64,000 bases of DNA, taken from NCBI GenBank assembly GCA_965197905.1, contig CBDAOB010000005.1, positions 2,464,001 to 2,528,000 on the forward strand. The letters are read 5' to 3'. This document shows positions 51,816-62,676 of this stretch, piece after piece (position 1 is the stretch's first letter; each line of letters begins with the position of its first letter). The translations under genes and the position numbers were made by a program. The notes under the pieces were generated by a model. It had not been told where the DNA came from and ran no database searches. It worked only from the letters and a program-made list of their open reading frames with translations. Source of the stretch: Candidatus Latescibacterota bacterium (GTDB lineage: Bacteria > Latescibacterota > UBA2968 > UBA8231).

Positions 51816-53099
51816 TTATTTGCAACTATTTACGGTTTTTGATCGAGCCAATACGTACGGACCTTTGGGCACGGCGACTATGGAAGCATTACGGCCGTGG
51901 CGATCCAGAGCTTGTTCGAGTCCCGCCTCCAACGATTCTACATGGTCTATCAGAAGTCGACCGGCGAACCGGGTGTCGATGCCTTCGGAGAAGAGTTTTA
52001 CGTCTGCTTTTTTTAGTACCTTACACAACTCTTGCAGTTGCCATTGGTCGATGACGAAAAATCCCGGATCGTCCAGACGTTCCATAAACGCCTCCACGTT
52101 CGGGGTGTCCGTGATCAGCTCGGTAAATTCGGGACTTCCGATCCCTTCCTCGCAACGAGCCGCGATCAATATGGTTCCGCCCTCTTTCAGAATGGGAAGC
52201 ACCGACGTCAATCCCTTGACCGCCTGGTAAAACGTCAGATCCAAGGGGAAACCGGCGCTGCATGTAATCACCACATCTACCGGCTTGCTTACATAGGCAG
52301 CGTTTTGAGTTTCGACGAATCGAACACCCTCGTCGTGCGCCTTTTCGAGATCGCCTGCGAACACGCCGGTGATTTCGCGCTGGGCGTTCATAGCTACGTT
52401 CAAGGTGAAATCCACCCCGGCTTTCTGCGCGACTTCCAACGCCTGCCGGTGAAACGGATTCCCTTCGATGATTCCTTCAGAAGAGTTGGGGTCGCCCATA
52501 AGCTCGGGACCGTGCAGAACCCGCATGGTCTCCACCCCCATGAGCCCGGGGCAGATCGCTTTGCGCCCGCCGGAGAAACCGGCCATGAGGTGGGGTTCGA
52601 TCAGCGAGGTAGCCACCTTCAAGTCTGCCTCGACGTAGATCCGATCTATCCAGATCGGTGCGCCGCACGATGTCTCACCGAGGTGCACCAGAGACTCCCG
52701 ATCTCGGGCCCGGTGGTTCACCACGATGTAGTTATCGGCGACCTCCGAGCCAACCAGCGAGACCAGCTCTTCCCCTTCGTTGGCACGGTGCAGCCCTGTT
52801 CCGATAAGAATCGTGATCGCTTCCCGGTCGATCCCAGCTTCTTCCAATGTCCGTAGCATCGGCGGCAGTATGGTGCTGTTAGGGACGGGGCGGGTGATAT
52901 CGGAGATTACGATACACGCGTTTTTTCGCCTTCGGGCAAGCTTGCCTAGGGCTGGTGTGCCGATGGGGCGTGACAGCGCGTTCTCGAGCGCCTGGTCCAC
53001 CATCGGCAGGCCCGGTGCGGGGTCCATTTCGAGAACCTGCGTTCGTGGAGGGACATCAAGCTCGATGCCATCATGGCCGTAGTCCAACCGAATCTTCAT
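51816..53099 (-). CDS. larA: Nickel-pincer-dependent lactate racemase family protein
   Basis: SDITRP, GTGLHR, VNH, EPHLMAGFSGGRK..PG, LTFYQAVK. Confidence 0.9.
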   Translation of the reverse strand: MKIRLDYGHDGIELDVPPRTQVLEMDPAPGLPMVDQALENALSRPIGTPALGKLARRRKNACIVISDITRPVPNSTILPPMLRTLEEAGIDREAITILIGTGLHRANEGEELVSLVGSEVADNYIVVNHRARDRESLVHLGETSCGAPIWIDRIYVEADLKVATSLIEPHLMAGFSGGRKAICPGLMGVETMRVLHGPELMGDPNSSEGIIEGNPFHRQALEVAQKAGVDFTLNVAMNAQREITGVFAGDLEKAHDEGVRFVETQNAAYVSKPVDVVITCSAGFPLDLTFYQAVKGLTSVLPILKEGGTILIAARCEEGIGSPEFTELITDTPNVEAFMERLDDPGFFVIDQWQLQELCKVLKKADVKLFSEGIDTRFAGRLLIDHVESLEAGLEQALDRHGRNASIVAVPKGPYVLARSKTVNSCK

Positions 53100-53974
53100 T
53101 CGGCTAGTTTATCCAGAAGATATTGGCGGAAAAGCTCGCCATGCTCCGGGTCGGCCAGGGCGAAGTCGGCGAAGGCACGGAAGTAACTCAGGGGCATGCC
53201 GATGTCGTAACGCCGTTCACCGGATTGCAGACGAACGCAACGGACTTCCTTTCCATCATCAAGGAGCGTGCGGATCGCATCGGCGATCCACAACTCGCCC
53301 CCTACTCCCGGTGCGATGCGATCGATCGCGTCGAAAATGTCAGGGGTGAAGACATAGCGAGCGGCCACAGCCAGACAGCTGGGTGCTGCATCCACCTTTG
53401 GTTTTTCGACGATGTCGGAGATGGGAAAGTCGTCGCCGGGTTCGTATGCCGGTTTGACCACACCGTACTTGTAGGTTTCCTCTCGGGGCACGTCCCAGAC
53501 GCCGATCGTAGCCGCCGAACCGTGGCGCTCGTGGGACTCCATCATGCGCGCCACAACCCCGGGATCGTATGGAGATGTTATGATCGTATCGCCGAATCCG
53601 ACCACGAAAGACTCAGAGCCGACAAACTCCGCCGCCAGACGAACAGCGTCGGCGTTGCCCGCGGGACGTCGTTGGCGCGCATACAGGAATTCGACTCCTT
53701 CAGCGGCATAGTCGATCTCGTCGATCCCTTCATCCTTGTCGGATAATCTGGCGTTCAGTTCCGGGTCGTCATCGAAATGATCTTCGATCGAGCGTTTCTT
53801 GCGACCTGTGATGAAGAGCAGCTTCTTGAGGCCCTGCTCGATCATCTCTTCGACCACGTACTGCACCACCGGTTTGTATCCCACCGGCAACATCTCTTTG
53901 GGTTGTGACTTCGTAGCTGGCAAGAGACGCGTGCCCATCCCAGCTACGGGGAAAACCGCCTTTCGGATAGTCAT
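53096..53974 (-). CDS. galU: UTP-glucose-1-phosphate uridylyltransferase
   Basis: KAVFPVAGMGTRLLPATK.QPKEMLP, VEKP, RYDIG. Confidence 0.93.
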   Translation of the reverse strand: MTIRKAVFPVAGMGTRLLPATKSQPKEMLPVGYKPVVQYVVEEMIEQGLKKLLFITGRKKRSIEDHFDDDPELNARLSDKDEGIDEIDYAAEGVEFLYARQRRPAGNADAVRLAAEFVGSESFVVGFGDTIITSPYDPGVVARMMESHERHGSAATIGVWDVPREETYKYGVVKPAYEPGDDFPISDIVEKPKVDAAPSCLAVAARYVFTPDIFDAIDRIAPGVGGELWIADAIRTLLDDGKEVRCVRLQSGERRYDIGMPLSYFRAFADFALADPEHGELFRQYLLDKLAE

Positions 53975-55824
53975 TCGTAAGCCGCCTCGATCAAGGTGCG
54001 ATACTGCTCCGCCACGGCGCCGGGAACGATCTTTTTCAACCCTTTGGTTAGGGTGCCCTTGTCTTCGTGCAGAGGCTCAGGTAAGAGTAGTATCTTCTGC
54101 GGTCGGGCGTACGCGGGAAGTCCCGCCTCGTGCGCCTCGCCGACTATCAACTCTCTTATTTCGTGTGCCAGCCCTTCGTCGCAGCGAACCACTTCATCGG
54201 GCTGCTTCTCCAACTCCGGAAACGCTCCTTCGCCAATCTGCCTTCGCACTTCTTCTACATCTACGCTGACCACGGGCATCGGATAGGTGCGGGACTGGTC
54301 ACCGAAGATGACCACATGCTCGATCAAGGGAACTCGCGAGAAAATGCGCTCCAGGAGCTCTGGATTGATAAACTCACCATTCTTGAGTTTGAACTGCCGG
54401 CCCAAACGCCCGTGGAAGGAAAGGTATCCTTCGTCGTCCATACTGAAGAGGTCGCCCGTTCGATACCATACCCGACCCTCGTCGTCCCCCACCAGCACGA
54501 GCGCGCTTTGCTCGGGATCGTTCAAATATCCCTTCATGACGTTAGCGCCGGAAGCCCATAGCTCGCCAACCGCACCACCGCTGCCCCGGTACTCCCGTTT
54601 GTCGGGATCGCCGGATCCGATGATCGCGCCCGAGGCGTCAACAAGCTTGACCGCGATCAGTGGGCGGCCCACTGTCCCTGTTTTGCGTCCGCCCAGGTGA
54701 TTGGCGGCGATCAAGGGCGCGCATTCGGTAACGCCGTAACCCTCGAACGTGGTGATATCCAGAACCTCTTGGAAGAAGTCGAGCGCCTCCGGATCGGCTT
54801 TAGCTGAACCGACCACGAGCAGCTCCAAGTTCCGTCCCACCTTGCTCGCCAGCTGGCTCTTGATTTTCCCAATAACCTTGGATCCGACGAGCTTGTGAAA
54901 CATTCGGTCAGCCAGCGACCCTTCGCGTCGGGAAAGACGCTCTTTGCTTCCCACCGCTCGCGCTATCAGCGATCCCTTCAGTCCGCCGGCATCGATCTCT
55001 TTGCGAACGTTGCCGTACACCTTGTCGAGTACGAGGGGGACCGTCAGCAGCGCTTGGGGCTCGGAAAAGCGGATGTCGCTCAACACCCGATCTGGTGAGC
55101 GGGCAAGATCAAGCTCCCATCCCTTTGCCAGCGGATAGTAGAGGTTGAGGATACCCATAGCGTGATAGTCTGGAGCGGACTTGAAGAACCGCAGAACCTC
55201 CCGACGGCTGATCACATCCCACACCTCGAGCAGGTTTGCGACGATGTTGGCATGGGTTTGGACGACTCCTTTTGGCAGCCCTGAAGAACCGGAGGTATAC
55301 AGAATCTTGGAGTCGTCATCCGGTCGAACCTCCACAGCGGGCACCTCACCCTCTTCACCATTAGTCAGCTGGGACCAGGTGGTCTGACCTTCCCGTCCCT
55401 CCCCGGTCAAGACTAACTGGGGCGCGTTTTCCAGAAACTCGTCAACCTTCAGGTACTGCTCATGGCCCGTCCTGTCGACCACCAACAGAGCGAGGGAGGC
55501 GTGATTGATCCCATGGATCAAGAGCTCCGCTGGCGACTGTGTGCACAGCGGGACCGCGCACATACCACACTTGTCCGCGGCCAAAAAGACCAGCAACGGC
55601 TCCAATCCACCGTCCGTCAGTATTCCGACGCGATCTCCCTTGCGCAGCCCGAGTTTCGCGAATCCCGCCGCCACCAGGTCTCTCTGGCGCGCCAGCTCCT
55701 CGTAGCTCATCGCTTCGTACTGCAACTCCCCCCCTGGCCCGGACTTGCCTAACGTGCGAACCGCGGTTCGCTGCCCAAAGCGGGCGAAACTGTCATCTAA
55801 CAGGTCGACGAGAGTCCGCTTCAC
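53971..55824 (-). CDS. Long-chain fatty acid-CoA ligase (AMP-binding)
   Basis: YTSGSSGLPKG, EGYGVTE, YRTGDL, LKNGE. Confidence 0.9.
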   Translation of the reverse strand: MKRTLVDLLDDSFARFGQRTAVRTLGKSGPGGELQYEAMSYEELARQRDLVAAGFAKLGLRKGDRVGILTDGGLEPLLVFLAADKCGMCAVPLCTQSPAELLIHGINHASLALLVVDRTGHEQYLKVDEFLENAPQLVLTGEGREGQTTWSQLTNGEEGEVPAVEVRPDDDSKILYTSGSSGLPKGVVQTHANIVANLLEVWDVISRREVLRFFKSAPDYHAMGILNLYYPLAKGWELDLARSPDRVLSDIRFSEPQALLTVPLVLDKVYGNVRKEIDAGGLKGSLIARAVGSKERLSRREGSLADRMFHKLVGSKVIGKIKSQLASKVGRNLELLVVGSAKADPEALDFFQEVLDITTFEGYGVTECAPLIAANHLGGRKTGTVGRPLIAVKLVDASGAIIGSGDPDKREYRGSGGAVGELWASGANVMKGYLNDPEQSALVLVGDDEGRVWYRTGDLFSMDDEGYLSFHGRLGRQFKLKNGEFINPELLERIFSRVPLIEHVVIFGDQSRTYPMPVVSVDVEEVRRQIGEGAFPELEKQPDEVVRCDEGLAHEIRELIVGEAHEAGLPAYARPQKILLLPEPLHEDKGTLTKGLKKIVPGAVAEQYRTLIEAAYE

Positions 55825-56028
55825 CTATCCTCCCTATGGCTGTAATCGTACCAGAAAGATTACTGCAACTCGCTAATTGTATGGGATTTACATACATCTA
55901 GCAAGGTGGTCCGGAGCTTTGTTTTCACAATCTGATTGACAGATTTACACTAAAAATCCACTATATAGGTAACTGTTTTCCCCGACACATGTAGGTAGTT
56001 CCCCTTCTCGGGGTATCTGTTTTTCGCC

Positions 56029-58953
56029 ATGGACGAAGAGCGCGCGAAAGATCAAGCATCTGAAGCAGACGGCGAGGACCTTGCCGGCAGCTTGGAGTCA
56101 CTTCTGGAAGAGGAAGGTCTCGATCTAGGTGGTGACGATGACGCGCTGAGCGAAGACGATCTCGATGCTCTGTTCGACGGCGACGAGGAAGATTCAAAAC
56201 CCACCGTTTCGGACCGTCGCGATACCGGAACCTCGCGCACCGCGCGCGCCGACCGCAAGAAAAAGGACGTAGCCGACTACCGCGACCTCGAGGCCCAGAT
56301 GAAGCTGGATCCGCTGGGCATCCAGATCTCGGACGACAAGATGACGGCGTGGATCAGTCGCATCACCGCCGACAACAGCCTCGAAGAAATCGTCGGCTTG
56401 CTTGGGCGGCACAAAATAAAAGCCGGCATAGATTACGAGAGCATTCGCAATGCGCTCACCCGCGCCAGCCGCGGGCAGATTCAGTATGGTGTCGCCGTCG
56501 CCCGCGGCACCGCCCCTTCCACCATCAAGCCAGCTGAGATCATCTACCACATAGCCCGAGACTCCGATAAGGAGAGCAAGAGATCCAAGCTGACTTCGTT
56601 TGAGAAACTGAAGCACGCCCTCGACGGCTCTCACGTGGATGCGGCCAAGTCCTGGACTGGCGCCGCACGACTGGTTCCAAAAGGCGAGCTCATCGCCGAG
56701 ATCGTACCAGCAGAGGTGGCATCGGGGACGAATGTGTTTGGCGAGCAGATCTTTCCCAAGAACGATCAGCAATTGACGATCGAGCCCGGCGACAATGTCA
56801 GTTTGTGCGAAGACGGCACTCAATGCGTTGCGGATTTTCTCGGATACGCCGGCCTCGTGGAAGACAAGCCGACGGTCCTCGCACCGATGTGGATATCGGA
56901 CGATCACATGGAAGCCCGCTTTGTCTACACCACCCCGCAGCCCGGTGAGGTGCGCCCCATTCCGACCATGGAAGATCTCCTCGAGCTTCTGGAGATGGCG
57001 TGGATCGAATACGGGATCATGGACAAGCAGATCGACCTGATCGCCAAGCGGCTGGCCAAGAAACTGCCGTTGCCCGTGACAACGCCGATCGCCCAGGGCA
57101 CTCCGGAAATATCCGGCGAAAGCGCGCAGGTCAAATACGCCTTCGACCCGTACTCGGTCATGTCGTGGAACCAGCTGCAGAGCGTGTTGGGGCTCAAGGA
57201 TGCTGAAGAAATCGAAAATGCGTTCCACACCTATTTCGAGGAGGAGGGAGGCCACACCTTTGTGGCGTTCCGGACCGACGACCTTGTCGTCGAGAAGATA
57301 CCCTGCACCGAAGGTATTCCCGGCACTGACATTCAGGGCGAAGAGATCGCTGCGGACGATGGCCATGACACCCCCCTCGAGGTGGGAGATTTCCTGACCA
57401 TTTCGGAGGATCACTTAAGGGTCGTCTCCGAGTGTTTCGGACTCGTTTGCCTAAAATGGGACATTCAGGTTTCCCTGTTGCCTCCCATCCTGATATCACA
57501 GGACAAGAACAAGGTCTTCTATTTGAACCTTCCGCAAGGAAATATGCCGAAGCATCCCAGCATGGAAGAGATGCAAGATCTGATGGAGCGCCACGAGGTC
57601 AAGTTCGGATACAGCGACGAGCGCTGGGTTGAGATTCTTGCACGACTGGAAGCGGGCGAACAAACAGACTACCTCATCTGCATCGCCGAAGGGATACCCT
57701 CGGAGCGTGGAAAGGATGCCGAATTCGAATGGGCCCTCCAGATCGAAGATAGCAAGCCGGGCAGCATTATGGATGATGGCTCCATCGACTTTCGCGAGCG
57801 CGGACTGAACACCGTCGTAAAAGAGGGAGATATGCTTGGACGTCTGGTGCCTCCCAAGCCGGGAGTGCCGGGAAAGGATGTGCACGGCAACGATCTTCGA
57901 CCACCACCGCCACTCAACATCGAGGTCATCACCGATTCCCGCATCTACGCCGAAGCCACCGAAGAGGAAGGCATTATGGCCTTCTTCGTGGAAGCGGGCG
58001 GTGGCATCAGCACCAGCAGCGAGGTCAAGAAAGAGAAGGGGAAGCGGGCTAAGCGAATAAATATAGGGGTCTATCCCATATCCAACATCGAGGGCGATGT
58101 CGACTACCACACGGGCAACATCGATTTTAATGGCGATGTGGTTATCAAAGGTTCGGTGCAGCCGCAGTTTTCGGTCAAAGCCACCGGAACAGTTAGTATA
58201 GGTGGGTATGTGGAGTCCGGTGCATACATCTCCGCCGGAGGCGATATTCTGGTGAAGAGGGGCGTGGTCGGAGCGAACACCGAGCTTGTGGCCGGCGGCG
58301 ACGTGATGACCAAGTACATCCAGGAGGCGACGGTTCGTGCCGGGGCTAATGTGAAAACCGGCTCTTACATTTTCAACGCCTCGGTCAGGGCCGGAGGGAA
58401 GGTCGAGGTCGTCGGCAAGGGCGAAGGCAAGTCGAGGGCGTTGGTTGGCGGTTTGATCTGGGGCGGCGCCGAAATCATGGCTAAATCGATCGGCTCGCCC
58501 TACAACACCAGCACCAAACTCGTTGCCGGCATCAATCCCGACTTCGTTAACCGGGCAGAGCAGATCCGCTCCAACATGCAGGTGTGCGAGGGCAAGAAAC
58601 AGAAGATCATGAAAACCATTGGGGTCGAGAGTTTGGAGGTGGAGTTCATCAAACAGCGCTTGACCCTTGCCCGGTCTCCGAAGGATAAACAGTCGATCCT
58701 GCTGAACGTCAAACGAATCGCCAAGGTAGCCGAACTCGAGCAGAACCTGCAGAAGGAGTTGGAGGATATCGCTGAAGAGCAGCGCAAAGTGGCCCTCAAA
58801 GCGAGTATCAGAGTTGCCAGTGAGCTGTTTACAGGGGTGGAGTTGCGCATCGGCGAGCAAACGATGGTGATCAACGAAGACAAAGACAAAGTGGGATTCA
58901 AGCTGGTGCAGGAAGAAGAAGAGCTAAAGATCCAAGAGGGTCCACTCCGATAG
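56029..58953 (+). CDS. FapA/DUF342 family protein with three tandem N-terminal modules
   Basis: GSIDFRE, IEGDVDYHTGNIDFNGDVVIKGSV beta-solenoid, coiled coil. Confidence 0.88.
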   Translation: MDEERAKDQASEADGEDLAGSLESLLEEEGLDLGGDDDALSEDDLDALFDGDEEDSKPTVSDRRDTGTSRTARADRKKKDVADYRDLEAQMKLDPLGIQISDDKMTAWISRITADNSLEEIVGLLGRHKIKAGIDYESIRNALTRASRGQIQYGVAVARGTAPSTIKPAEIIYHIARDSDKESKRSKLTSFEKLKHALDGSHVDAAKSWTGAARLVPKGELIAEIVPAEVASGTNVFGEQIFPKNDQQLTIEPGDNVSLCEDGTQCVADFLGYAGLVEDKPTVLAPMWISDDHMEARFVYTTPQPGEVRPIPTMEDLLELLEMAWIEYGIMDKQIDLIAKRLAKKLPLPVTTPIAQGTPEISGESAQVKYAFDPYSVMSWNQLQSVLGLKDAEEIENAFHTYFEEEGGHTFVAFRTDDLVVEKIPCTEGIPGTDIQGEEIAADDGHDTPLEVGDFLTISEDHLRVVSECFGLVCLKWDIQVSLLPPILISQDKNKVFYLNLPQGNMPKHPSMEEMQDLMERHEVKFGYSDERWVEILARLEAGEQTDYLICIAEGIPSERGKDAEFEWALQIEDSKPGSIMDDGSIDFRERGLNTVVKEGDMLGRLVPPKPGVPGKDVHGNDLRPPPPLNIEVITDSRIYAEATEEEGIMAFFVEAGGGISTSSEVKKEKGKRAKRINIGVYPISNIEGDVDYHTGNIDFNGDVVIKGSVQPQFSVKATGTVSIGGYVESGAYISAGGDILVKRGVVGANTELVAGGDVMTKYIQEATVRAGANVKTGSYIFNASVRAGGKVEVVGKGEGKSRALVGGLIWGGAEIMAKSIGSPYNTSTKLVAGINPDFVNRAEQIRSNMQVCEGKKQKIMKTIGVESLEVEFIKQRLTLARSPKDKQSILLNVKRIAKVAELEQNLQKELEDIAEEQRKVALKASIRVASELFTGVELRIGEQTMVINEDKDKVGFKLVQEEEELKIQEGPLR

Positions 58954-59072
58954 CCGACGAAAACAAACATTTATCCGGTTGCCCCGCATACTGAACCGCC
59001 GTACACTCCGACTCACTTTCAAGCTTTGCCTCAGTACGAACCGCACCAACAATCCTTCACAAGGAGCATTCG

Positions 59073-60728
59073 ATGAAGCACAGAAGCGGATCTTGCGCAT
59101 GGTCCTTCCTGCCACTCGCATTCGCACTGCTCGTGCATTCAAGCGTTACAGGCGAGGAGATCGCCTCCAATGACAGCTATAGTGGTGGCATGGGAAGCGT
59201 CACCGTAGATGGACAACAGTTTTATCGGATCAACTTCCGTCCCGACATTCCGATCGGCGCGTGGGGTGTGGCACTCGACGTCGAGCTTTTCATCGATGAA
59301 GAAGGCGGCTTCAGCGACCGCAGCTGGCGTTTCGGTACCGGCACGGAAGCGTTCGATACCTTCTTGAGGAAGCTCTACTACGTAAGGTACGGGCGGCCCG
59401 GAAGTGACACCTTCGTAAAGGTTGGCGCGCTGGACGATGTCACGCTGGGCTACGGTCTGATCATGAAGGGTTACCGAAACACCCTTCAATACCCTGGAAT
59501 CAAGAAGACGGGTTTGCAGTTTGAGCTCAAGAACCTTGGCACGATGGGCTTCGGAGTGCAAGGTGTGGTCAACAACTTCCAGGACTTCGAAGCGGGCGGG
59601 GCGCTGGTTGGACTGAGACTCTCCGCGAAACCCGCAGGAAAGCTCGAATTCGGGATAACCTACGTGGTAGACTTGGATCAGTACGGCGGTCTCCTGGACA
59701 GTGACGACGACGGCGTTCCGGATGCGGTCGATGCCTTTCCGAACAACGATCGCCGGTCCCTGGACAACGATGGCGATGGCGTCAGCGACGAGCAAGACAG
59801 CGACGACGACAATGACGGCGCCATCGATGTCGACGCGGGCAGCGGCCTTCCGGATGAGGTGAAAAGCGCGCTCGGGCAGCTGAACAGCCAACACGGCGAT
59901 GCCGTGTTTCCGATCGATGCGGATGTCAGCCGCAAGAATCCGTTCAATCGCGACCGCGTCGATGGCGACCGCTTCTCTATGTTGGGTTTCGACGCTTCCT
60001 ACCCCATCGTCAGCGGCTCAGCGCTCCAGCTGCGGCTCTATGGCCAGCTAGCGATGCTTCTCGATGACGACGACGAACTGAGCCTCGCCGAATCCGGAGC
60101 CCAGGGGGTTCAGGGCGGCAACCGCAAGGCCGAGGGTCTGGGCATTGCCGCTCCAGGACTCTGGCTCAAAGCCGGGCCCCTCAACGGACAAATCGAGTTC
60201 CGTCATTTCCGCGACGACTTCGACTCGGGCTATTTCGACAATCTCTACGAGTTGGACCGGGCCCGAATCGATGTGGCGACCGGTTTGGCCAATCCAAAGG
60301 ATGCATTGCTGCGACGCGATGAAAGCGCCTCGGGCATCTACGGAGGGTTGAGCACCCATATCTCCCAGATTATCACGGCTTCGGCCGACTACCAGTATCT
60401 GACCGGTGGCGACAACCCCAAACAGCAGGTGCATGCCAGCGCCAGCATCTCCAAAGAGTTTTTGAAGAATGTTCCCCGATTGACCATGGCACAGGCGTAT
60501 TACCAAAAGAACAATATCGGCGCGCGCACCAACCAGGATGGGGATCCGGGGTCCGAGGACGATTTCTTCGAATCGACCGAGGATACCTTTTACGGATACC
60601 TGCTGGGGTTGGAAATGGCAGGCGGAGTGTCGGTCCGATGGGATACGAGGTACGTGTTTTCTCGGGATTCCGGGGGCGAGCTCGATCGCGACAAGATCAT
60701 GACGATAGAGACCGTATTCAATTTCTAG
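59073..60728 (+). CDS. Secreted, probable outer-membrane protein with DxDxDG calcium-binding (thrombospondin type-3-like) repeats
   Basis: Signal peptide, beta-strand pattern, DSDDDGVPD/DNDGDGVSD/DDDNDG, C-terminal Phe. Confidence 0.75.
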   Translation: MKHRSGSCAWSFLPLAFALLVHSSVTGEEIASNDSYSGGMGSVTVDGQQFYRINFRPDIPIGAWGVALDVELFIDEEGGFSDRSWRFGTGTEAFDTFLRKLYYVRYGRPGSDTFVKVGALDDVTLGYGLIMKGYRNTLQYPGIKKTGLQFELKNLGTMGFGVQGVVNNFQDFEAGGALVGLRLSAKPAGKLEFGITYVVDLDQYGGLLDSDDDGVPDAVDAFPNNDRRSLDNDGDGVSDEQDSDDDNDGAIDVDAGSGLPDEVKSALGQLNSQHGDAVFPIDADVSRKNPFNRDRVDGDRFSMLGFDASYPIVSGSALQLRLYGQLAMLLDDDDELSLAESGAQGVQGGNRKAEGLGIAAPGLWLKAGPLNGQIEFRHFRDDFDSGYFDNLYELDRARIDVATGLANPKDALLRRDESASGIYGGLSTHISQIITASADYQYLTGGDNPKQQVHASASISKEFLKNVPRLTMAQAYYQKNNIGARTNQDGDPGSEDDFFESTEDTFYGYLLGLEMAGGVSVRWDTRYVFSRDSGGELDRDKIMTIETVFNF

Positions 60729-60784
60729 TGTAGGGAACAGCAGACCGTTCGCGCGAGCTTACATCACCTTCGACACAGCCGATG

Positions 60785-60824
60785 CAAAATATGGGCACTT
60801 TTCACCAAAGGTGCCCATATTTTG
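60785..60824. terminator. Long inverted repeat, probable intrinsic terminator
   Basis: caaaatatgggcactttt-cacc-aaaggtgcccatattttg. Confidence 0.7.
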
Positions 60825-60886
60825 TGTACACAGTACAGAAATAGCGATACGTTTCTCCAAAAGATGCGATTTTTCTAAATCTGAAC

Positions 60887-60915
60887 TTGCAACAATCCGA
60901 AATATACAGTATAAT
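60887..60915 (+). promoter_or_regulatory. sigma70 promoter of ilvBN
   Basis: TTGCAA-17 nt-TATAAT. Confidence 0.7.
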
Positions 60916-60972
60916 CGCCCTGTATAGTATACATAATGTAAGTTACGTTACGAATCTGAGGACAACTGACCT

Positions 60973-62676
60973 ATGCGAGGAGCCGATGCCGTCATCAAGG
61001 CGGTCGAGCGGCAGGACGTGGACTACATCTTCGGTCACCCCGGCGGGGCGGCCATGCCGATCTTCGACGCCCTTTTCGATTCCGAGAAACTGGAGCTGAT
61101 CCTGACCCGCCATGAGCAGGGAGCCACCCACATGGCGGATGGCTACGCCCGGGCAACCGGCAAGACGGGAGTGGTCCTCGTCACCTCGGGCCCCGGTGCG
61201 ACCAACACCGTGACCGGTCTGTTGACGGCCCATATGGATTCGACCCCGATGGTTGTCCTTACTGGACAGACCATCACGCCGATGCTGGGCAAGGACGCCT
61301 TCCAGGAGGCGGACGTATTCGGGGTTTCCATGCCAGTGGTTAAACATTCCTATCTGGTACGGGAAGTCGACGATATACCCAGAGTCATGACCGAGGCTTT
61401 CTACATTGCCAGCACCGGCCGGCAGGGCCCCGTTCTGGTTGACCTTCCGAAAGACGTGTTGACCGATGAATGTTCGGCAGAATTTCCCGAGAAGGTCTAC
61501 CTCAGTGGATACAACTGGAAAACCAAGCCTGATGAAACGGCTCTGAAGGAAGCTGGAGACCTGCTGCGCGCAAGCAAGCGACCCCTGCTCTATCTGGGGG
61601 GCGGTTGCATATCCTCGGGGGCACATGACGCTGCCCTTGCCTTCGCGGAGAAAACGCGCATGCCGGTAACCAACACCCTGTTGGGCAAGGGCAGTTTTCC
61701 AGAAACACACAATTTGTCGGTGGGCATGCTTGGAATGCACGGAACCGCGTATGCCAACAAGGCCGTCATTGGCTGCGATCTCATCATGTCCGTCGGCGGC
61801 CGCTGGGACGACCGAATCACCGGAAAGCTCTCCGAGTTCTGTCCGGACGCCACCAAGATTCACGTCGATATCGATCCTGCCGAATACGGCAAGGTGGTGA
61901 TGCCGGACGTCTTCATCGAAGGGGACGCCAGACAGGTTCTCGAAGAGCTCATCCATTACGTAGACCCCCTCGACTCAGAGGCCTGGCTTACCCAAATCGA
62001 GGGTTGGAAAGCCAAATATCCGCTGAAATACGGACGCAAGGGCGGCCTCAAGATGCAGGCGGTCTTCGATCGGCTCTGGAAGTTGACAAAAGGCAAAGCG
62101 GTGGTCACCACCGACGTAGGACAGCATCAGATGTGGGCTGCCCAGTTTTATCGTACCAGCTATCACCGGCAGTGGCTGTCGTCGGGAGGAGCCGGCACCA
62201 TGGGGTTTGGATTCCCCGCCGCCATCGGGGCGCAACTTGGCCGACCGGACGACCTCGTAGTGGCGATCGCCGGTGATGGCGGCTTTCAGATGACCATGAG
62301 CGAGCTGGCCACGGCAGCTATCAACAAGCTTCCGATAAAGATACTGGTCATGGACAACCAGTTTTTGGGAATGGTGCGCCAGTGGCAGAACCTGTTCTTC
62401 GACAATCGGCTTTCTGGCGTCGATCTGGAAGGCAATCCGGACTTCGTCAAGCTGGCCTCGGCCTACGGAATCGCCGGCTTTCATCTGCGCCGGACCGCCG
62501 ACATCGACAAGATTCTACAGCAGATGATCGATCACGACGACGGACCCTGTATCGTGCACGCCCACTGCGAAAAGGAAGACAATGTCTACCCGATGATACC
62601 AGCGGGCGCAGCTGTGCACGAGATGCTGATCGAAGCGCCGAAGAAGAAGCTCGGACAACCAACCGGGAGCACCTGA
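60973..62676 (+). CDS. ilvB: Acetolactate synthase large subunit
   Basis: [51 protein letters not shown]. Confidence 0.97.
   Translation: MRGADAVIKAVERQDVDYIFGHPGGAAMPIFDALFDSEKLELILTRHEQGATHMADGYARATGKTGVVLVTSGPGATNTVTGLLTAHMDSTPMVVLTGQTITPMLGKDAFQEADVFGVSMPVVKHSYLVREVDDIPRVMTEAFYIASTGRQGPVLVDLPKDVLTDECSAEFPEKVYLSGYNWKTKPDETALKEAGDLLRASKRPLLYLGGGCISSGAHDAALAFAEKTRMPVTNTLLGKGSFPETHNLSVGMLGMHGTAYANKAVIGCDLIMSVGGRWDDRITGKLSEFCPDATKIHVDIDPAEYGKVVMPDVFIEGDARQVLEELIHYVDPLDSEAWLTQIEGWKAKYPLKYGRKGGLKMQAVFDRLWKLTKGKAVVTTDVGQHQMWAAQFYRTSYHRQWLSSGGAGTMGFGFPAAIGAQLGRPDDLVVAIAGDGGFQMTMSELATAAINKLPIKILVMDNQFLGMVRQWQNLFFDNRLSGVDLEGNPDFVKLASAYGIAGFHLRRTADIDKILQQMIDHDDGPCIVHAHCEKEDNVYPMIPAGAAVHEMLIEAPKKKLGQPTGST

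Noticed and set aside
55936..55967. TTGACA upstream of the FapA gene
   Set aside because: No -10 box at the proper spacing
57496..58860. 454-aa antisense ORF, and many similar long shadow ORFs
   Set aside because: Mirror frames of well-supported genes in high-GC DNA
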